The position numbers and the translations under genes are program-made. Under the pieces are notes generated by a model. That model was not told where the DNA came from. It saw nothing but the letters and a program-made list of their open reading frames with translations, and searched no databases. Positions 47,770 to 57,852 of a DNA stretch of 64,000 nt are shown here, piece after piece (positions within the stretch are counted from its first letter, which is position 1; every line of letters begins with the position of its first letter). The stretch comes from Bacteroidales bacterium (GTDB lineage: Bacteria > Bacteroidota > Bacteroidia > Bacteroidales > VadinHA17): positions 31,392 through 95,391 of the forward strand of contig DAONXX010000001.1 of assembly GCA_035414025.1 (NCBI GenBank), in the 5' to 3' direction.

Positions 47770-49122
47770 ATGTCTGAATCCATAAAGTTAAAGAAAGGGT
47801 ATGATATTCCGGTTCAGGGGGCAGCTGAAAAGCTACTTTCCGGGGATGTCAATCCTTTGAAATTTGCTGTTAAACCCGTAGATTTCCCAGGTCTTATCCC
47901 AAAGCTAAATGTTAAACCCGGTGAAAGGGTCAAAGCCGGGAGCCCCCTTTTTCACAATAAATTGAACCCTGAAATCCTGTTCACCTCACCGGTGAGTGGT
48001 ACTGTACTGTCTGTTGAGAGAGGCGACCGCAGGAAGATACTTGAGGTTATTGTGGAAAAAGATGGAAATGATTATATCAGTTTCAGCAAGGCGGATCCCT
48101 TATCGCTTTCCCGGGAAGAGGTGACTAAGGCCCTGCTGCAATCAGGACTTTGGCCTGCAATAAGACAGCGACCCTACAATATCGTTGCCAAACCCTATGA
48201 TAATCCGAAAGCGATATTCATATCAGGATTTGACACGGCTCCTCTTGCCCCGGATCTGAATTTTGTAATTGATAATTCTCCTGCCGGGTTATTTCAGACA
48301 GGGATCAACGCATTAACGAAACTTACAGGGGGCAAAGTACATCTGGTGCTTAACGGCAAGGCCGACTCATCTCAGGTGCTGAAAGGAACTGCCGGTGTTG
48401 AGATTTCATATTTCTCCGGACCTCATCCTGCCGGCAATGTAGGAGTTCATATCCATCATATTGATCCTGTTAATAAGGGAGAAGTAGTATGGACAGTCAA
48501 TCTGCAGGACCTGATAGCAATCGGAAACTTATTCTCTGAAGGTATTTATAAGCCTGAAAGAATTATTTCACTGACAGGTTCTGAGGTTATGAATCCGCAA
48601 TATTATCGTATGCTCTCGGGCGCATCTGTAAAAGCTTGTACGGAAGGTAAAATAAAGCCCGGCAATGTAAGATATATAAGTGGTAACATTCTTACCGGGA
48701 CCAGGATCGCTGACGACGGATTTCTCGGGTTTTATGATTCTCAGTTTACCGTTATTCCCGAGGGTGATTACTTTGAGTTCTTCGGTTGGGCGGTTCCGGG
48801 AGCCGGTAAACTCAGTTTTTCAAAGACTTTTGCTTCTTCATTCCTGCCGAAGAAACTTTTCAGGCCTGATACTAATTTCCATGGAGGAGAAAGGGCATTT
48901 GTAATGACTGGTTTATATGAGAAAGTGCTACCGATGGATATTTATCCGATGCAGCTCTTTAAGGCAATACTTGCCGAGGATATCGATATGATGGAAAACC
49001 TTGGGATCTATGAAGTTGCTGAAGAGGATTTTGCACTTTGTGAGTTTATTTGTCCTTCAAAAATTGAGATACAATCGATAATACGGAAGGGTATTGATCT
49101 GATGATAAAAGAAATGAGTTAA
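47770..49122 (+). CDS. nqrA: Na+-translocating NADH-quinone reductase subunit A
   Basis: 450 aa with an IKLKKGYDIPVQGAA N-terminus. First gene of a six-gene nqr array. Confidence 0.95.
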   Translation: MSESIKLKKGYDIPVQGAAEKLLSGDVNPLKFAVKPVDFPGLIPKLNVKPGERVKAGSPLFHNKLNPEILFTSPVSGTVLSVERGDRRKILEVIVEKDGNDYISFSKADPLSLSREEVTKALLQSGLWPAIRQRPYNIVAKPYDNPKAIFISGFDTAPLAPDLNFVIDNSPAGLFQTGINALTKLTGGKVHLVLNGKADSSQVLKGTAGVEISYFSGPHPAGNVGVHIHHIDPVNKGEVVWTVNLQDLIAIGNLFSEGIYKPERIISLTGSEVMNPQYYRMLSGASVKACTEGKIKPGNVRYISGNILTGTRIADDGFLGFYDSQFTVIPEGDYFEFFGWAVPGAGKLSFSKTFASSFLPKKLFRPDTNFHGGERAFVMTGLYEKVLPMDIYPMQLFKAILAEDIDMMENLGIYEVAEEDFALCEFICPSKIEIQSIIRKGIDLMIKEMS

Positions 49123-49143
49123 GAATCTGAGAAATATACTGTA

Positions 49144-50319
49144 ATGAATTCCTTAAGAAACAAGATAGATAAACTGAAGCCGCATTTCACAGAGGGAGGG
49201 AAGTTTTCGAAACTACGATCGGTATTTGAAGGTTTTGAATCCTTTTTGTTTGTTCCTGACAGGGTTACTTTCAAAGGATCCCACATCCGCGACAGTATTG
49301 ATCTGAAACGCACAATGACGGTTGTTATTATCGCCCTGGTTCCGGTATTGCTTTTCGGATCATATAATACCGGACTGCAGCACTTCAGATCGATCGGTGT
49401 TGATGCAACAGTGCTGAGATGTTTTGGGTTCGGATTCCTGAAGCTTCTTCCGCTGATAATTGTAAGCTATATTACAGGTCTTGGTATTGAATTTATAGCT
49501 GCGCAGATAAGGGGGCATGAGATTAATGAGGGATTCCTTGTTACAGGTCTGCTTATTCCGCTTATAATGCCAATTGATGTGCCTTTGTGGATGCTTGCTG
49601 TTTCGACGGCATTCGCTGTAATATTGGGTAAGGAAGTTTTTGGCGGAACAGGTATGAATGTCTTCAATCCTGCACTTCTTGCAAGAGCTTTTCTTTTTTT
49701 CAGTTACCCGGGCTGGATGACAGGCGATGAGGTTTGGACGGAAGGACTAAGGGCAGGTCAGAATATAGTTGATGGTTTCTCAGGGGCTACCCCTCTTGCC
49801 TTATGTGCTGCAGGTGATATTTCTGAACTCCCTTCTTTCATTGAAATGTTTATTGGAACGGTACCTGGATCGGTTGGAGAAACCTCTGCAGCTGCAATTC
49901 TGCTGGGAGCTCTGATACTGATTATTACCGGCATAGGCAGCTGGAAAATAATTGTCAGTGTATTTGCAGGAGGCCTTGCAATGGGATTGCTTCTGAATGC
50001 AGTTGCTGTCAATGCCTATATGGAGCTGCCTTTCTATTATCATTTTGTCATGGGAGGATTTGCTTTCGGAGCTGTCTTTATGGCTACGGATCCTGTAACA
50101 GCCTCACAGACTGAAAAGGGTAAATGGATCTATGGCTTCCTTATAGGAGTTCTTTCGATCCTGCTGAGGGTATTTAACCCTGCATACCCGGAGGGTGTAA
50201 TGCTGGCAATTCTGCTGATGAACCTTTTTGCACCTCTGATTGATTATTTTGTTATCGAATCACATATAAAAAGAAGGCTTAAACGTGCTAAAACAACAAT
50301 TAATATACAGGTAAAATGA
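49144..50319 (+). CDS. nqrB: Na+-translocating NADH-quinone reductase subunit B
   Basis: Polytopic membrane protein with GFSGATPLA (covalent FMN attachment motif). Confidence 0.95.
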   Translation: MNSLRNKIDKLKPHFTEGGKFSKLRSVFEGFESFLFVPDRVTFKGSHIRDSIDLKRTMTVVIIALVPVLLFGSYNTGLQHFRSIGVDATVLRCFGFGFLKLLPLIIVSYITGLGIEFIAAQIRGHEINEGFLVTGLLIPLIMPIDVPLWMLAVSTAFAVILGKEVFGGTGMNVFNPALLARAFLFFSYPGWMTGDEVWTEGLRAGQNIVDGFSGATPLALCAAGDISELPSFIEMFIGTVPGSVGETSAAAILLGALILIITGIGSWKIIVSVFAGGLAMGLLLNAVAVNAYMELPFYYHFVMGGFAFGAVFMATDPVTASQTEKGKWIYGFLIGVLSILLRVFNPAYPEGVMLAILLMNLFAPLIDYFVIESHIKRRLKRAKTTINIQVK

Positions 50320-51017
50320 AACAGTTCAGTAACCGCTATATTTTTGTTTTTTCAATTATAATGGTTGTAGTTGTGGCATCTCTTCTGTCTCTTGCTGCCA
50401 CATTGTTTCAGCCGGCTCAGAAAAGGAACCTCGAGATCGAAAAGAAGCGCAACATGCTGGAATCGATCAATATTACGGCGATCCGTGATAATACTGAAGA
50501 ACTGTACGACAAATACATCACTGAAGGTTTTGTTTTGAATTACAAAGGTGAACTTGTTGAAGGGATGGATGCTTTTACAGTTGATCTCAGGAGTGAGCAG
50601 AAGAAGAAAATTGAAGAGCAGAACCTTCCTGTTTTCAGAGCTTTTCCTGATGATGGAGAGAAAGTACTTATACTTCCTGTTGAGGGTAAAGGATTGTGGG
50701 GCCCTTTATATGGATATGTGTCGCTCAGGTCTGATCTGAATACGATCTATGGAGTCAATTTCGACCATAAAGGTGAGACACCCGGACTAGGGGCAGAAAT
50801 AAACACTACTGCCTTTGAAAGCATGTTTATAGGCAAAAAACTTTTCGATAACGGACAATTCGTATCTATAAAGCTTGTAAAGGGCGGAGCCAAAGCTGAT
50901 GATGTTCATGGTGTTGATGCTGTCTCAGGAGGCACTATTACAAGCAAGGGCCTTGAAAAAATGCTTTTCGACTGCCTTTCAAAATATACGGAATACTTCA
51001 ATAAAATCAAGATTTAA
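50316..51017 (+). CDS. nqrC: Na+-translocating NADH-quinone reductase subunit C
   Basis: Single TM helix plus an FMN-binding domain with DAVSGGTITS. Overlaps nqrB by 4 nt. Confidence 0.95.
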   Translation: MKQFSNRYIFVFSIIMVVVVASLLSLAATLFQPAQKRNLEIEKKRNMLESINITAIRDNTEELYDKYITEGFVLNYKGELVEGMDAFTVDLRSEQKKKIEEQNLPVFRAFPDDGEKVLILPVEGKGLWGPLYGYVSLRSDLNTIYGVNFDHKGETPGLGAEINTTAFESMFIGKKLFDNGQFVSIKLVKGGAKADDVHGVDAVSGGTITSKGLEKMLFDCLSKYTEYFNKIKI

Positions 51018-51020
51018 GAT

Positions 51021-51671
51021 ATGAGTAATACTGAAAAAGAACCCATATTCTCCATGAAGAATTTTACATTGCTGACAGGTCCCCTGAATAAAAATAATCC
51101 CATAACGGTACAGGTCCTTGGGATATGTTCAGCCCTGGCTGTTACGGTGAAATTGAAACCGGCACTTGTAATGGCTCTTTCTGTAACAATTGTTGTGGCT
51201 GTTTCAAATCTTATCATAGCTGCAATGCGCAAGTATATCCCTGACAGAATCAGGATAATAGTTCAGCTTGTGGTGATAGCTACTCTTGTTATTCTTGTTG
51301 ACGAGTTTCTTAAGGCTTATGTGTTTGATGTAAGTAAGCAACTCTCGGTTTTTGTCGGGCTGATAATAACCAACTGTATAATTATGGGAAGGCTGGAAGC
51401 ATTTGCAATGGCAAATAAACCATGGCCCTCATTTATTGACGGATTGGGGAACGGATTCGGATACGGGATTATCCTGGTAATAGTTGCTTTTATCAGGGAA
51501 CTGCTTGGATCGGGCACAATCTATGGCTACCCTGTTATGGAGAAACTGGGAGTTTACAGAACCGGCTATGAAAATAACGGAATGATTATCCTGCCCCCTA
51601 TGGCACTGATCCTGATTGGGCTGATAATATGGGTGCAACGAAGCAGAAACAAGGAATTGATTGAAAACTAA
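51021..51671 (+). CDS. nqrD: Na+-translocating NADH-quinone reductase subunit D
   Basis: 216-aa polytopic Rnf/Nqr D-type protein (VQVLGICSALAVT). Confidence 0.95.
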   Translation: MSNTEKEPIFSMKNFTLLTGPLNKNNPITVQVLGICSALAVTVKLKPALVMALSVTIVVAVSNLIIAAMRKYIPDRIRIIVQLVVIATLVILVDEFLKAYVFDVSKQLSVFVGLIITNCIIMGRLEAFAMANKPWPSFIDGLGNGFGYGIILVIVAFIRELLGSGTIYGYPVMEKLGVYRTGYENNGMIILPPMALILIGLIIWVQRSRNKELIEN

Positions 51672-51684
51672 ACAGTGAGACATT

Positions 51685-52302
51685 ATGGAAAATCTGTTAA
51701 ATATATTCATTAAGTCGATTTTCGTCGACAACATGATATTTGCATTCTTTCTTGGGATGTGCTCTTATCTTGCTGTTTCCAAAACGGTTAAAACATCAAT
51801 AGGACTAGGCGTTGCAGTTATATTCGTTCTTCTTATTACAGTACCTGTTAACTTTCTGATTGAAAAATATGTACTTAAAAAAGGTGCACTGATATGGCTG
51901 GGTGAAAGATTTGCAGATGTTGATCTCAGTTTCCTTACATTTATGATCTTTATTGCAATAATTGCTGCGATGGTCCAGCTGGTAGAAATGATTATCGAGA
52001 AGTTCAGTCCCGCCCTGTATAATTCCCTTGGGATCTTCCTTCCGTTGATTGCAGTCAACTGTGCTATACTTGGAGCATCACTCTTCATGCAGGAGCGCGA
52101 ATATAATAATGTCATTGAAGCAACTGTATTTGGAGTGGGATCGGGTGTGGGATGGCTCCTTGCTATAGTGGGAATAGCGGCAATAAGGGAAAAAATGCGC
52201 TATAGTAATGTGCCTGCTCCTTTGAGAGGACTTGGCATAACATTCATACTGACCGGCCTTATGGCAATTGCTTTCATGGGATTCATGGGAATTAACCTAT
52301 AA
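51685..52302 (+). CDS. nqrE: Na+-translocating NADH-quinone reductase subunit E
   Basis: 205-aa polytopic protein ([22 protein letters not shown]). Confidence 0.95.
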   Translation: MENLLNIFIKSIFVDNMIFAFFLGMCSYLAVSKTVKTSIGLGVAVIFVLLITVPVNFLIEKYVLKKGALIWLGERFADVDLSFLTFMIFIAIIAAMVQLVEMIIEKFSPALYNSLGIFLPLIAVNCAILGASLFMQEREYNNVIEATVFGVGSGVGWLLAIVGIAAIREKMRYSNVPAPLRGLGITFILTGLMAIAFMGFMGINL

Positions 52303-52318
52303 CTGATATTATTTTGTA

Positions 52319-53572
52319 ATGGTTTTAGCTGTAACTACTATCGGGACTATATTCTACAGTATAATTGTCTTTCTGCTTGTAATAATTACTCTTGTCGGAC
52401 TCCTTCTGTTTGCCAGGGATAAGTTAACACCCAAGGGAGATGTTGAACTTCAGATAAATGACCGGAAAATAACAGTGTCACCCGGTTCCAATCTGCTTTT
52501 TACATTATCATCCAATAATATTTTTCTTCCTTCTGCCTGCGGAGGAGGCGGAACATGCGGTATGTGCAAATGCCAGGTAATTGAAGGAGGCGGATCCATA
52601 CTGCCTACTGAAACGGGATTCTTCACAAGGAAAGAGCAGCTTAACTACTGGCGCCTCGGCTGCCAGGTTAAAGTGAGGGAGCCAATGAAAATTAAAATTC
52701 CGGAATCGATACTCGGAATAAAGAAATGGGAATGTGAAGTTGTTTCCAACAGGAATGTTTCAACATTTATAAAGGAATTTGTCGTGAAGCTTCCGGAAGG
52801 GGAAGTGCTTGAATTCGAACCGGGAGGCTATATCCAGATAGATGTGCCTCATTATGAGGTAAAATTCAGTGATTTTGATATCCAGGAGCATTTCAGAACA
52901 GACTGGGATTATTATAAAATGTGGGATCTTGGAATCAGGAATAAAACGGAAACTTTCCGTGCATATTCAATGGCTAATTATCCTGCTGAGAAAAACCTGA
53001 TAAAGCTTAATATAAGAATAGCAACTCCTCCATGGGATAATGCGAAAAATAAATTCATGAATGTGCCGCCCGGTATATGCTCTTCCTATATCTTCTCAAG
53101 GAAGCCGGGAGATAAAGTAATGATATCAGGTCCATACGGGGAATTTCATATAAAGAATACGGACAGTGAAATGATCTATATTGGAGGGGGAGCAGGAATG
53201 GCGCCGCTCAGGTCTCATATCTTCCATCTTTTCAAAACCCTTAAAACCACCCGGAAAGTATCATACTGGTATGGAGCCCGTTCGTTGCGTGAAGTCTTTT
53301 ATGAGGATGAATTCCGGGCAATTGAAAAGGAATTCCCGAATTTTACTTTTAATCTTGCACTGTCTGAACCTCTGCCTCAGGATAACTGGACAGGCTATAA
53401 AGGATTCATACATCAGGTGCTGTATGATAATTATCTTAGCAAACTTGATGAACCTGAGGATGTTGAATACTATTTCTGCGGACCTCCAATGATGAACAAT
53501 GCAGTTGTTGAGATGCTTGATAACCTTGGAATACCTGCAGAGAATATATCATTTGATGATTTCGGCATATAA
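52319..53572 (+). CDS. nqrF: Na+-translocating NADH-quinone reductase subunit F
   Basis: N-terminal TM helix, 2Fe-2S motif CGGGGTCGMCKC, and an FAD/NADH domain with RAYSMANYP. Confidence 0.95.
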   Translation: MVLAVTTIGTIFYSIIVFLLVIITLVGLLLFARDKLTPKGDVELQINDRKITVSPGSNLLFTLSSNNIFLPSACGGGGTCGMCKCQVIEGGGSILPTETGFFTRKEQLNYWRLGCQVKVREPMKIKIPESILGIKKWECEVVSNRNVSTFIKEFVVKLPEGEVLEFEPGGYIQIDVPHYEVKFSDFDIQEHFRTDWDYYKMWDLGIRNKTETFRAYSMANYPAEKNLIKLNIRIATPPWDNAKNKFMNVPPGICSSYIFSRKPGDKVMISGPYGEFHIKNTDSEMIYIGGGAGMAPLRSHIFHLFKTLKTTRKVSYWYGARSLREVFYEDEFRAIEKEFPNFTFNLALSEPLPQDNWTGYKGFIHQVLYDNYLSKLDEPEDVEYYFCGPPMMNNAVVEMLDNLGIPAENISFDDFGI

Positions 53573-53616
53573 ATTATAATTAAACTATTGATTGAATTGA
53601 AGAATAAGAATCTGTA

Positions 53617-54636
53617 ATGAAAAAGAATCTGACCGGCTCTGTTATTTTATTGCTGTTAATCTCCTTATCATGTAAAGAGAAGGAAATTGCGTTTTCTGCT
53701 TTCAATGGCTTCACGCAGGGTACAACCTATAGCATAACTTATGAAAATCCGGATAATAATATCAGTCCTGAGGAACTTCAGCTCATGGTGGAATCTGTAC
53801 TTTATAATTTCGACATGTCTCTTTCATTATACCGGGATTCCTCGATAGTCTCAAAGATCAATCGAAATGAACATGCAGTTCCTGATACCTTTTTCCTTGA
53901 TGTCTTTTCAAAATCAAAAGAGGTATGGGAACTTACCGGTGGAGCTTTTGATATTACGGTCGGGCCACTTGTCAAGGCATATGGTTTTGGCCCTGATGAG
54001 TCAAGAGATTTCCGGGAATCAGACAGAGATAGTCTGCTGGCTCTTGTAGGAATGGAAAAGGTTGATATTATAGATGGGATGCTTGTTAAAACGGATCCTC
54101 GTGTCAGCCTCGATTTCAATGCTATAGCCCAGGGTTACTCTGTTGATGTGATAGCCCGGTTTTTTGACGGACTTGGACTCACGAGGTATTTGATTGAGAT
54201 CGGAGGGGAAGTGAGAGTGAGAGGAGACAGAAACGGGAGAGATTGGCGAATAGGCATTGACAGGCCTGAGGATAATAATATGATTTCGGGACAGGAACTC
54301 CAGGCTATAATAAACATGAAAGACAGATCTCTCGCTACATCCGGTAATTACAGGAAATTCTATATTGAAAATGGGATAAAATACTCGCACACAATTGATC
54401 CTGAGACCGGCTATCCGGCAAGGAACCAGCTTCTGAGTGCAACAATACTTGCAGGAGATGCTGCTACTGCCGACGGAGTGGCAACTGCCTGTATGGTAAT
54501 GGGAAAGGATAAAACAATTGAGTTCCTTTCAGACCATCCTGGATTTGAGGGATTTCTTATTTACTCGGATGATTCAGGGAACTTCAGGACCTGGATTTCA
54601 GAATCGTTGAAAAAGAATATTTCAGAAACAAATTAG
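53617..54636 (+). CDS. apbE: FAD:protein FMN transferase (ApbE), lipoprotein
   Basis: Lipobox LISLSC, FDITVGPL and ATSGNYRKF motifs. It lies directly after nqrF. Confidence 0.9.
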   Translation: MKKNLTGSVILLLLISLSCKEKEIAFSAFNGFTQGTTYSITYENPDNNISPEELQLMVESVLYNFDMSLSLYRDSSIVSKINRNEHAVPDTFFLDVFSKSKEVWELTGGAFDITVGPLVKAYGFGPDESRDFRESDRDSLLALVGMEKVDIIDGMLVKTDPRVSLDFNAIAQGYSVDVIARFFDGLGLTRYLIEIGGEVRVRGDRNGRDWRIGIDRPEDNNMISGQELQAIINMKDRSLATSGNYRKFYIENGIKYSHTIDPETGYPARNQLLSATILAGDAATADGVATACMVMGKDKTIEFLSDHPGFEGFLIYSDDSGNFRTWISESLKKNISETN

Positions 54637-54863
54637 AATTTTTTTTCGCAGTTCATACAGCTGGCAGAGCCTTCAACCGGTTTACAACCCAGATCCTGAT
54701 GCTGTGCACACCTGATGCCAAGCTTCTTCATTTCCTTGTTATGACCAACATGAGTCTCAGGAAACTGCCCTCCGGGCTTTATGAGTATCCTTATTCCAAG
54801 AAGAACAAAAACAAGGAATAGAATCAGTGCACTTATTATCAACAACCTGATAAACATTGTCAT
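54633..54863 (-). CDS. small single-TM protein with four-Cys C-terminal region (hypothetical; possibly NqrM-like)
   Basis: 76 aa. N-terminal TM helix FIRLLIISALILFLVFVLLGI, then ...LGIRCAQHQDLGCKPVEGSASCMNCEKKF. Its stop (TAA, minus strand) shares nucleotides with the apbE TAG stop. Confidence 0.55.
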   Translation of the reverse strand: MTMFIRLLIISALILFLVFVLLGIRILIKPGGQFPETHVGHNKEMKKLGIRCAQHQDLGCKPVEGSASCMNCEKKF

Positions 54864-54907
54864 TATTTTACCTGTCAGCCAAAGATAATTATCCTTTCAT
54901 TTATTAC

Positions 54908-55672
54908 TTACTTTTTACTTTCAATCCACTCCTCAAAGCCTATTCCATCCCACGGCATTCCCCTGGAGAACCTTGTCATCCATGGATACATTTTCCCTTT
55001 CCCAAGCACAACATACTTCCGTATATCCATTTCTATCTTTACAGGATTGCCCACAGCAATGGAATAATCGGGAATGTTTGTCGTTACAAGGCTGCCGGCG
55101 CCTATGAGACAGTTGCTGCCAATTGATATACCGGATAATACAATACCGTGTGTTGCGATAACTGAGTAATCTCCAATAGTGCTTCCCTTCAGGTCATTTG
55201 AAGGCGGGTAGGGATCATTTGTAATCACGACAAATGGATAGAGGAAGACATAATTGCCGATCACTACCTCCGAGGAGATGACAACATTGCTGTATAGGCG
55301 GCAGTAATCTCCGATTTTTACATTACCCTGAATATCAGAAAGCAATCCAATAACCGTGTGATTGCCGATTATGTTATTTTCCCTGAGGGTTATCCTGTGA
55401 CCGGTCTGAACATTTTCACCCAGCCTGTTACCTGCATATATTATTGCATGGCTGCGTATCAGCGATCCGGCTCCGATAACAGTTTCCGGGTTTTTATATT
55501 CAGGATTTGAATAATAATCGTTCAGCGGTTCACCAATAACACAGTTATGGGAGATTGTTACATTATCCTCAACGACAACATTATCATAGATCACGGTATT
55601 GTCACCAATCCTGACATTCTTGCCTATTGAAGCTTTTGGACTAATCCGTACATTATAATTCTTGAATATCAT
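54908..55672 (-). CDS. left-handed beta-helix (hexapeptide repeat) acyl/acetyltransferase
   Basis: Multiple [LIV]-G-x-x-x-x hexapeptide turns (IGKNVRIGDNTVIYDNVVV..., IGDYCRLYSNVVI...). 254 aa. Confidence 0.8.
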   Translation of the reverse strand: MIFKNYNVRISPKASIGKNVRIGDNTVIYDNVVVEDNVTISHNCVIGEPLNDYYSNPEYKNPETVIGAGSLIRSHAIIYAGNRLGENVQTGHRITLRENNIIGNHTVIGLLSDIQGNVKIGDYCRLYSNVVISSEVVIGNYVFLYPFVVITNDPYPPSNDLKGSTIGDYSVIATHGIVLSGISIGSNCLIGAGSLVTTNIPDYSIAVGNPVKIEMDIRKYVVLGKGKMYPWMTRFSRGMPWDGIGFEEWIESKK

Positions 55673-55858
55673 CGGTTCTGTTTCAGCTTAAGTTGTAAAT
55701 TTACGAAAAATAATGATGGTACAGCGATAGGACTCAGAGCACATTGTAAAGAGTCTGTAGTTTGATGCTTACTGATTATTTGCTGCTTCTTCCGCTATTG
55801 CGGAATTGCCGCTGCGATTCAGGCTTTAACACATATTGTTATAACTAATGATAAAATA

Positions 55859-57334
55859 ATGTCTTCCAGAATCCCGATCCTTTTTATCTTATCTCTGCTC
55901 CTGGAAGTGAACACAGTATATGCACAGGACAAGCTGTATCATTTGAATACCGGATTATTCGGATATTATTCCGGTTCCGGATCCATCCCTTTCTGGTTGA
56001 GATCCGGGCAGCACGGAAGTATTCCGCTGGATGGGACTTCTGTAAGTATTATAACTTCTGCCGGGAAAGAATACTCTGGCGGGGATAAGCTATTTGACTG
56101 GGGCGGCTCTGTGGAAGGTCGTTTTGATATTGGTAACAAAACAAGGATATCTCTTATTGAAGCTTATGTTAAGACTAAGCTGAGTATTTTTGAATTCAGG
56201 GCAGGGCGTTCAAAAAGTATCATAGGACTCTGCGATACTACCCTCTCTACCGGATCATTTTCAGTTTCAGGCAATTCCCTGGGAGTGCCACAGATCAGCA
56301 TATCGATTCCTGATTACTTTACAATACCATTAATGGGTAATCTCTTTGCATTCAAGGGTGGCTTTTCCCATGGCTGGATAGGTGAGACTACAGTAAGATT
56401 GATCAATAATGATACAGCTGATCTTAAAACATATCTGCATCAGAAATCCTTTTACGGTCGTTTTGGCAAATCTGAATGGAAGTGGAAGATTTACGGAGGC
56501 TTTAATCATAATGCTTTCTGGGGAAGTGAAGATGATTACTACGTATCATTCAACACCCTGTCGAAGTTCGAAACATATCTTTATGTAATAAGCGGCAAAC
56601 CCTATGGAACGGAGAACATCCCGTCATCCAAGATCGGGAATCATCTGGGTTCTATAGATCTTGGATTTGAATACAATTTCAACAACATAAGGATGCTTGT
56701 TTACAGGCAGAATATCTACGATATCGGAGCCCTTTATTACCTGGCAAACATACGCGATGGACTGAATGGTGTATCTCTGACAAATATGCGATCATCTGAA
56801 AAAACAATTCAATGGCGGAAGATGCTTTTTGAATTTTTTTACACGAAGAATCAGGCGGGGGAGTTATGGTCGCCTTATACTCCTTCGGGTGATGAAAACT
56901 ATTATAATAATGATCAGTATGTGTTCGGATGGTCTTATAAAGGTATTGGAATAGGTAACCCTTTTATCTGTAAACGCGACTATACAAGAGATGGTCTGCC
57001 CGCTAATCCCCGCGATTACTTCATTAATAACAGGGTGGCAGTATTTCATTACGGTATTGAAGGCTCCATCAAAGACTGGCTTGTATTTATGAAAGCTTCA
57101 TATTCATTGAATTACGGCACTTTCGGTACAGATGAGGTGGGACACACCCTTGGCAAGGTCCGGACCCTGCCCTTACATGGCATTTTTCAGGAAACAAAGC
57201 AGTTGTCTTTCCTGCTCAGGCTGAACAGGAAATTGAGATCAGGCTTCCTCCTTGACTTTGCCGCAGCATTTGATGCAGGGCGATTGTATTATAATTCGGC
57301 AGGGGTGATGGCAGGAGTTACGAAAACATTTTGA
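55859..57334 (+). CDS. wzi: capsule assembly Wzi family outer-membrane protein
   Basis: 491 aa with a signal peptide. GSIPFWLRSGQHGSIPLDG N-terminal motif and a beta-barrel-like remainder. Polysaccharide-locus context. Confidence 0.6.
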   Translation: MSSRIPILFILSLLLEVNTVYAQDKLYHLNTGLFGYYSGSGSIPFWLRSGQHGSIPLDGTSVSIITSAGKEYSGGDKLFDWGGSVEGRFDIGNKTRISLIEAYVKTKLSIFEFRAGRSKSIIGLCDTTLSTGSFSVSGNSLGVPQISISIPDYFTIPLMGNLFAFKGGFSHGWIGETTVRLINNDTADLKTYLHQKSFYGRFGKSEWKWKIYGGFNHNAFWGSEDDYYVSFNTLSKFETYLYVISGKPYGTENIPSSKIGNHLGSIDLGFEYNFNNIRMLVYRQNIYDIGALYYLANIRDGLNGVSLTNMRSSEKTIQWRKMLFEFFYTKNQAGELWSPYTPSGDENYYNNDQYVFGWSYKGIGIGNPFICKRDYTRDGLPANPRDYFINNRVAVFHYGIEGSIKDWLVFMKASYSLNYGTFGTDEVGHTLGKVRTLPLHGIFQETKQLSFLLRLNRKLRSGFLLDFAAAFDAGRLYYNSAGVMAGVTKTF

Positions 57335-57385
57335 ATGAAAGATACGGCGCTGCGATAGCATACCGGCTCATTGAACCTTTGAATT

Positions 57386-57433
57386 TTGTCAAAAAATCCC
57401 CGCACTTTACGTAAATACTCGTTTTTTTGACAA
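57386..57433. repeat. nested inverted repeat TTGTCAAAAAA ... TTTACGTAAA ... TTTTTTGACAA
   Basis: 11-bp outer arms (57386..57396 and 57423..57433) enclose the 10-bp palindrome TTTACGTAAA (57406..57415). It lies 52 nt after the wzi stop. Confidence 0.3.
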
Positions 57434-57852
57434 ATGTCGAAATATTTAAGTCCGGTAAAGATTTCTTATATACGGATCAATGAAAACACCGGATAACAAA
57501 TCTTTAAAACGGCCGGATAAGCCTTCCTGAAGCAAATATCCGTTTGGTCATAATTGTTAATTTGTATAATTTCACATTTGCAAATATATTTTTTAGAAGC
57601 TTCTCAGACCAGTAGACTGCAACTACAACTCCGATAAATAAAAATCACAAAATCGATTATATTTATCAAATATTCAGGTAGTTATAACACAGTGCTCATG
57701 GGACTGACGGGGCGGAAGCATATCCGGGCGTATAGGTTTAACATAAAATATTCAGGCTTGCAAGTGAGAAATAAGAATCAGTTAACTATTAGAAATACTA
57801 TCCATTATTAATCTTAATGTTTGAATACTTTACATTGAACGTGAGACATCGC

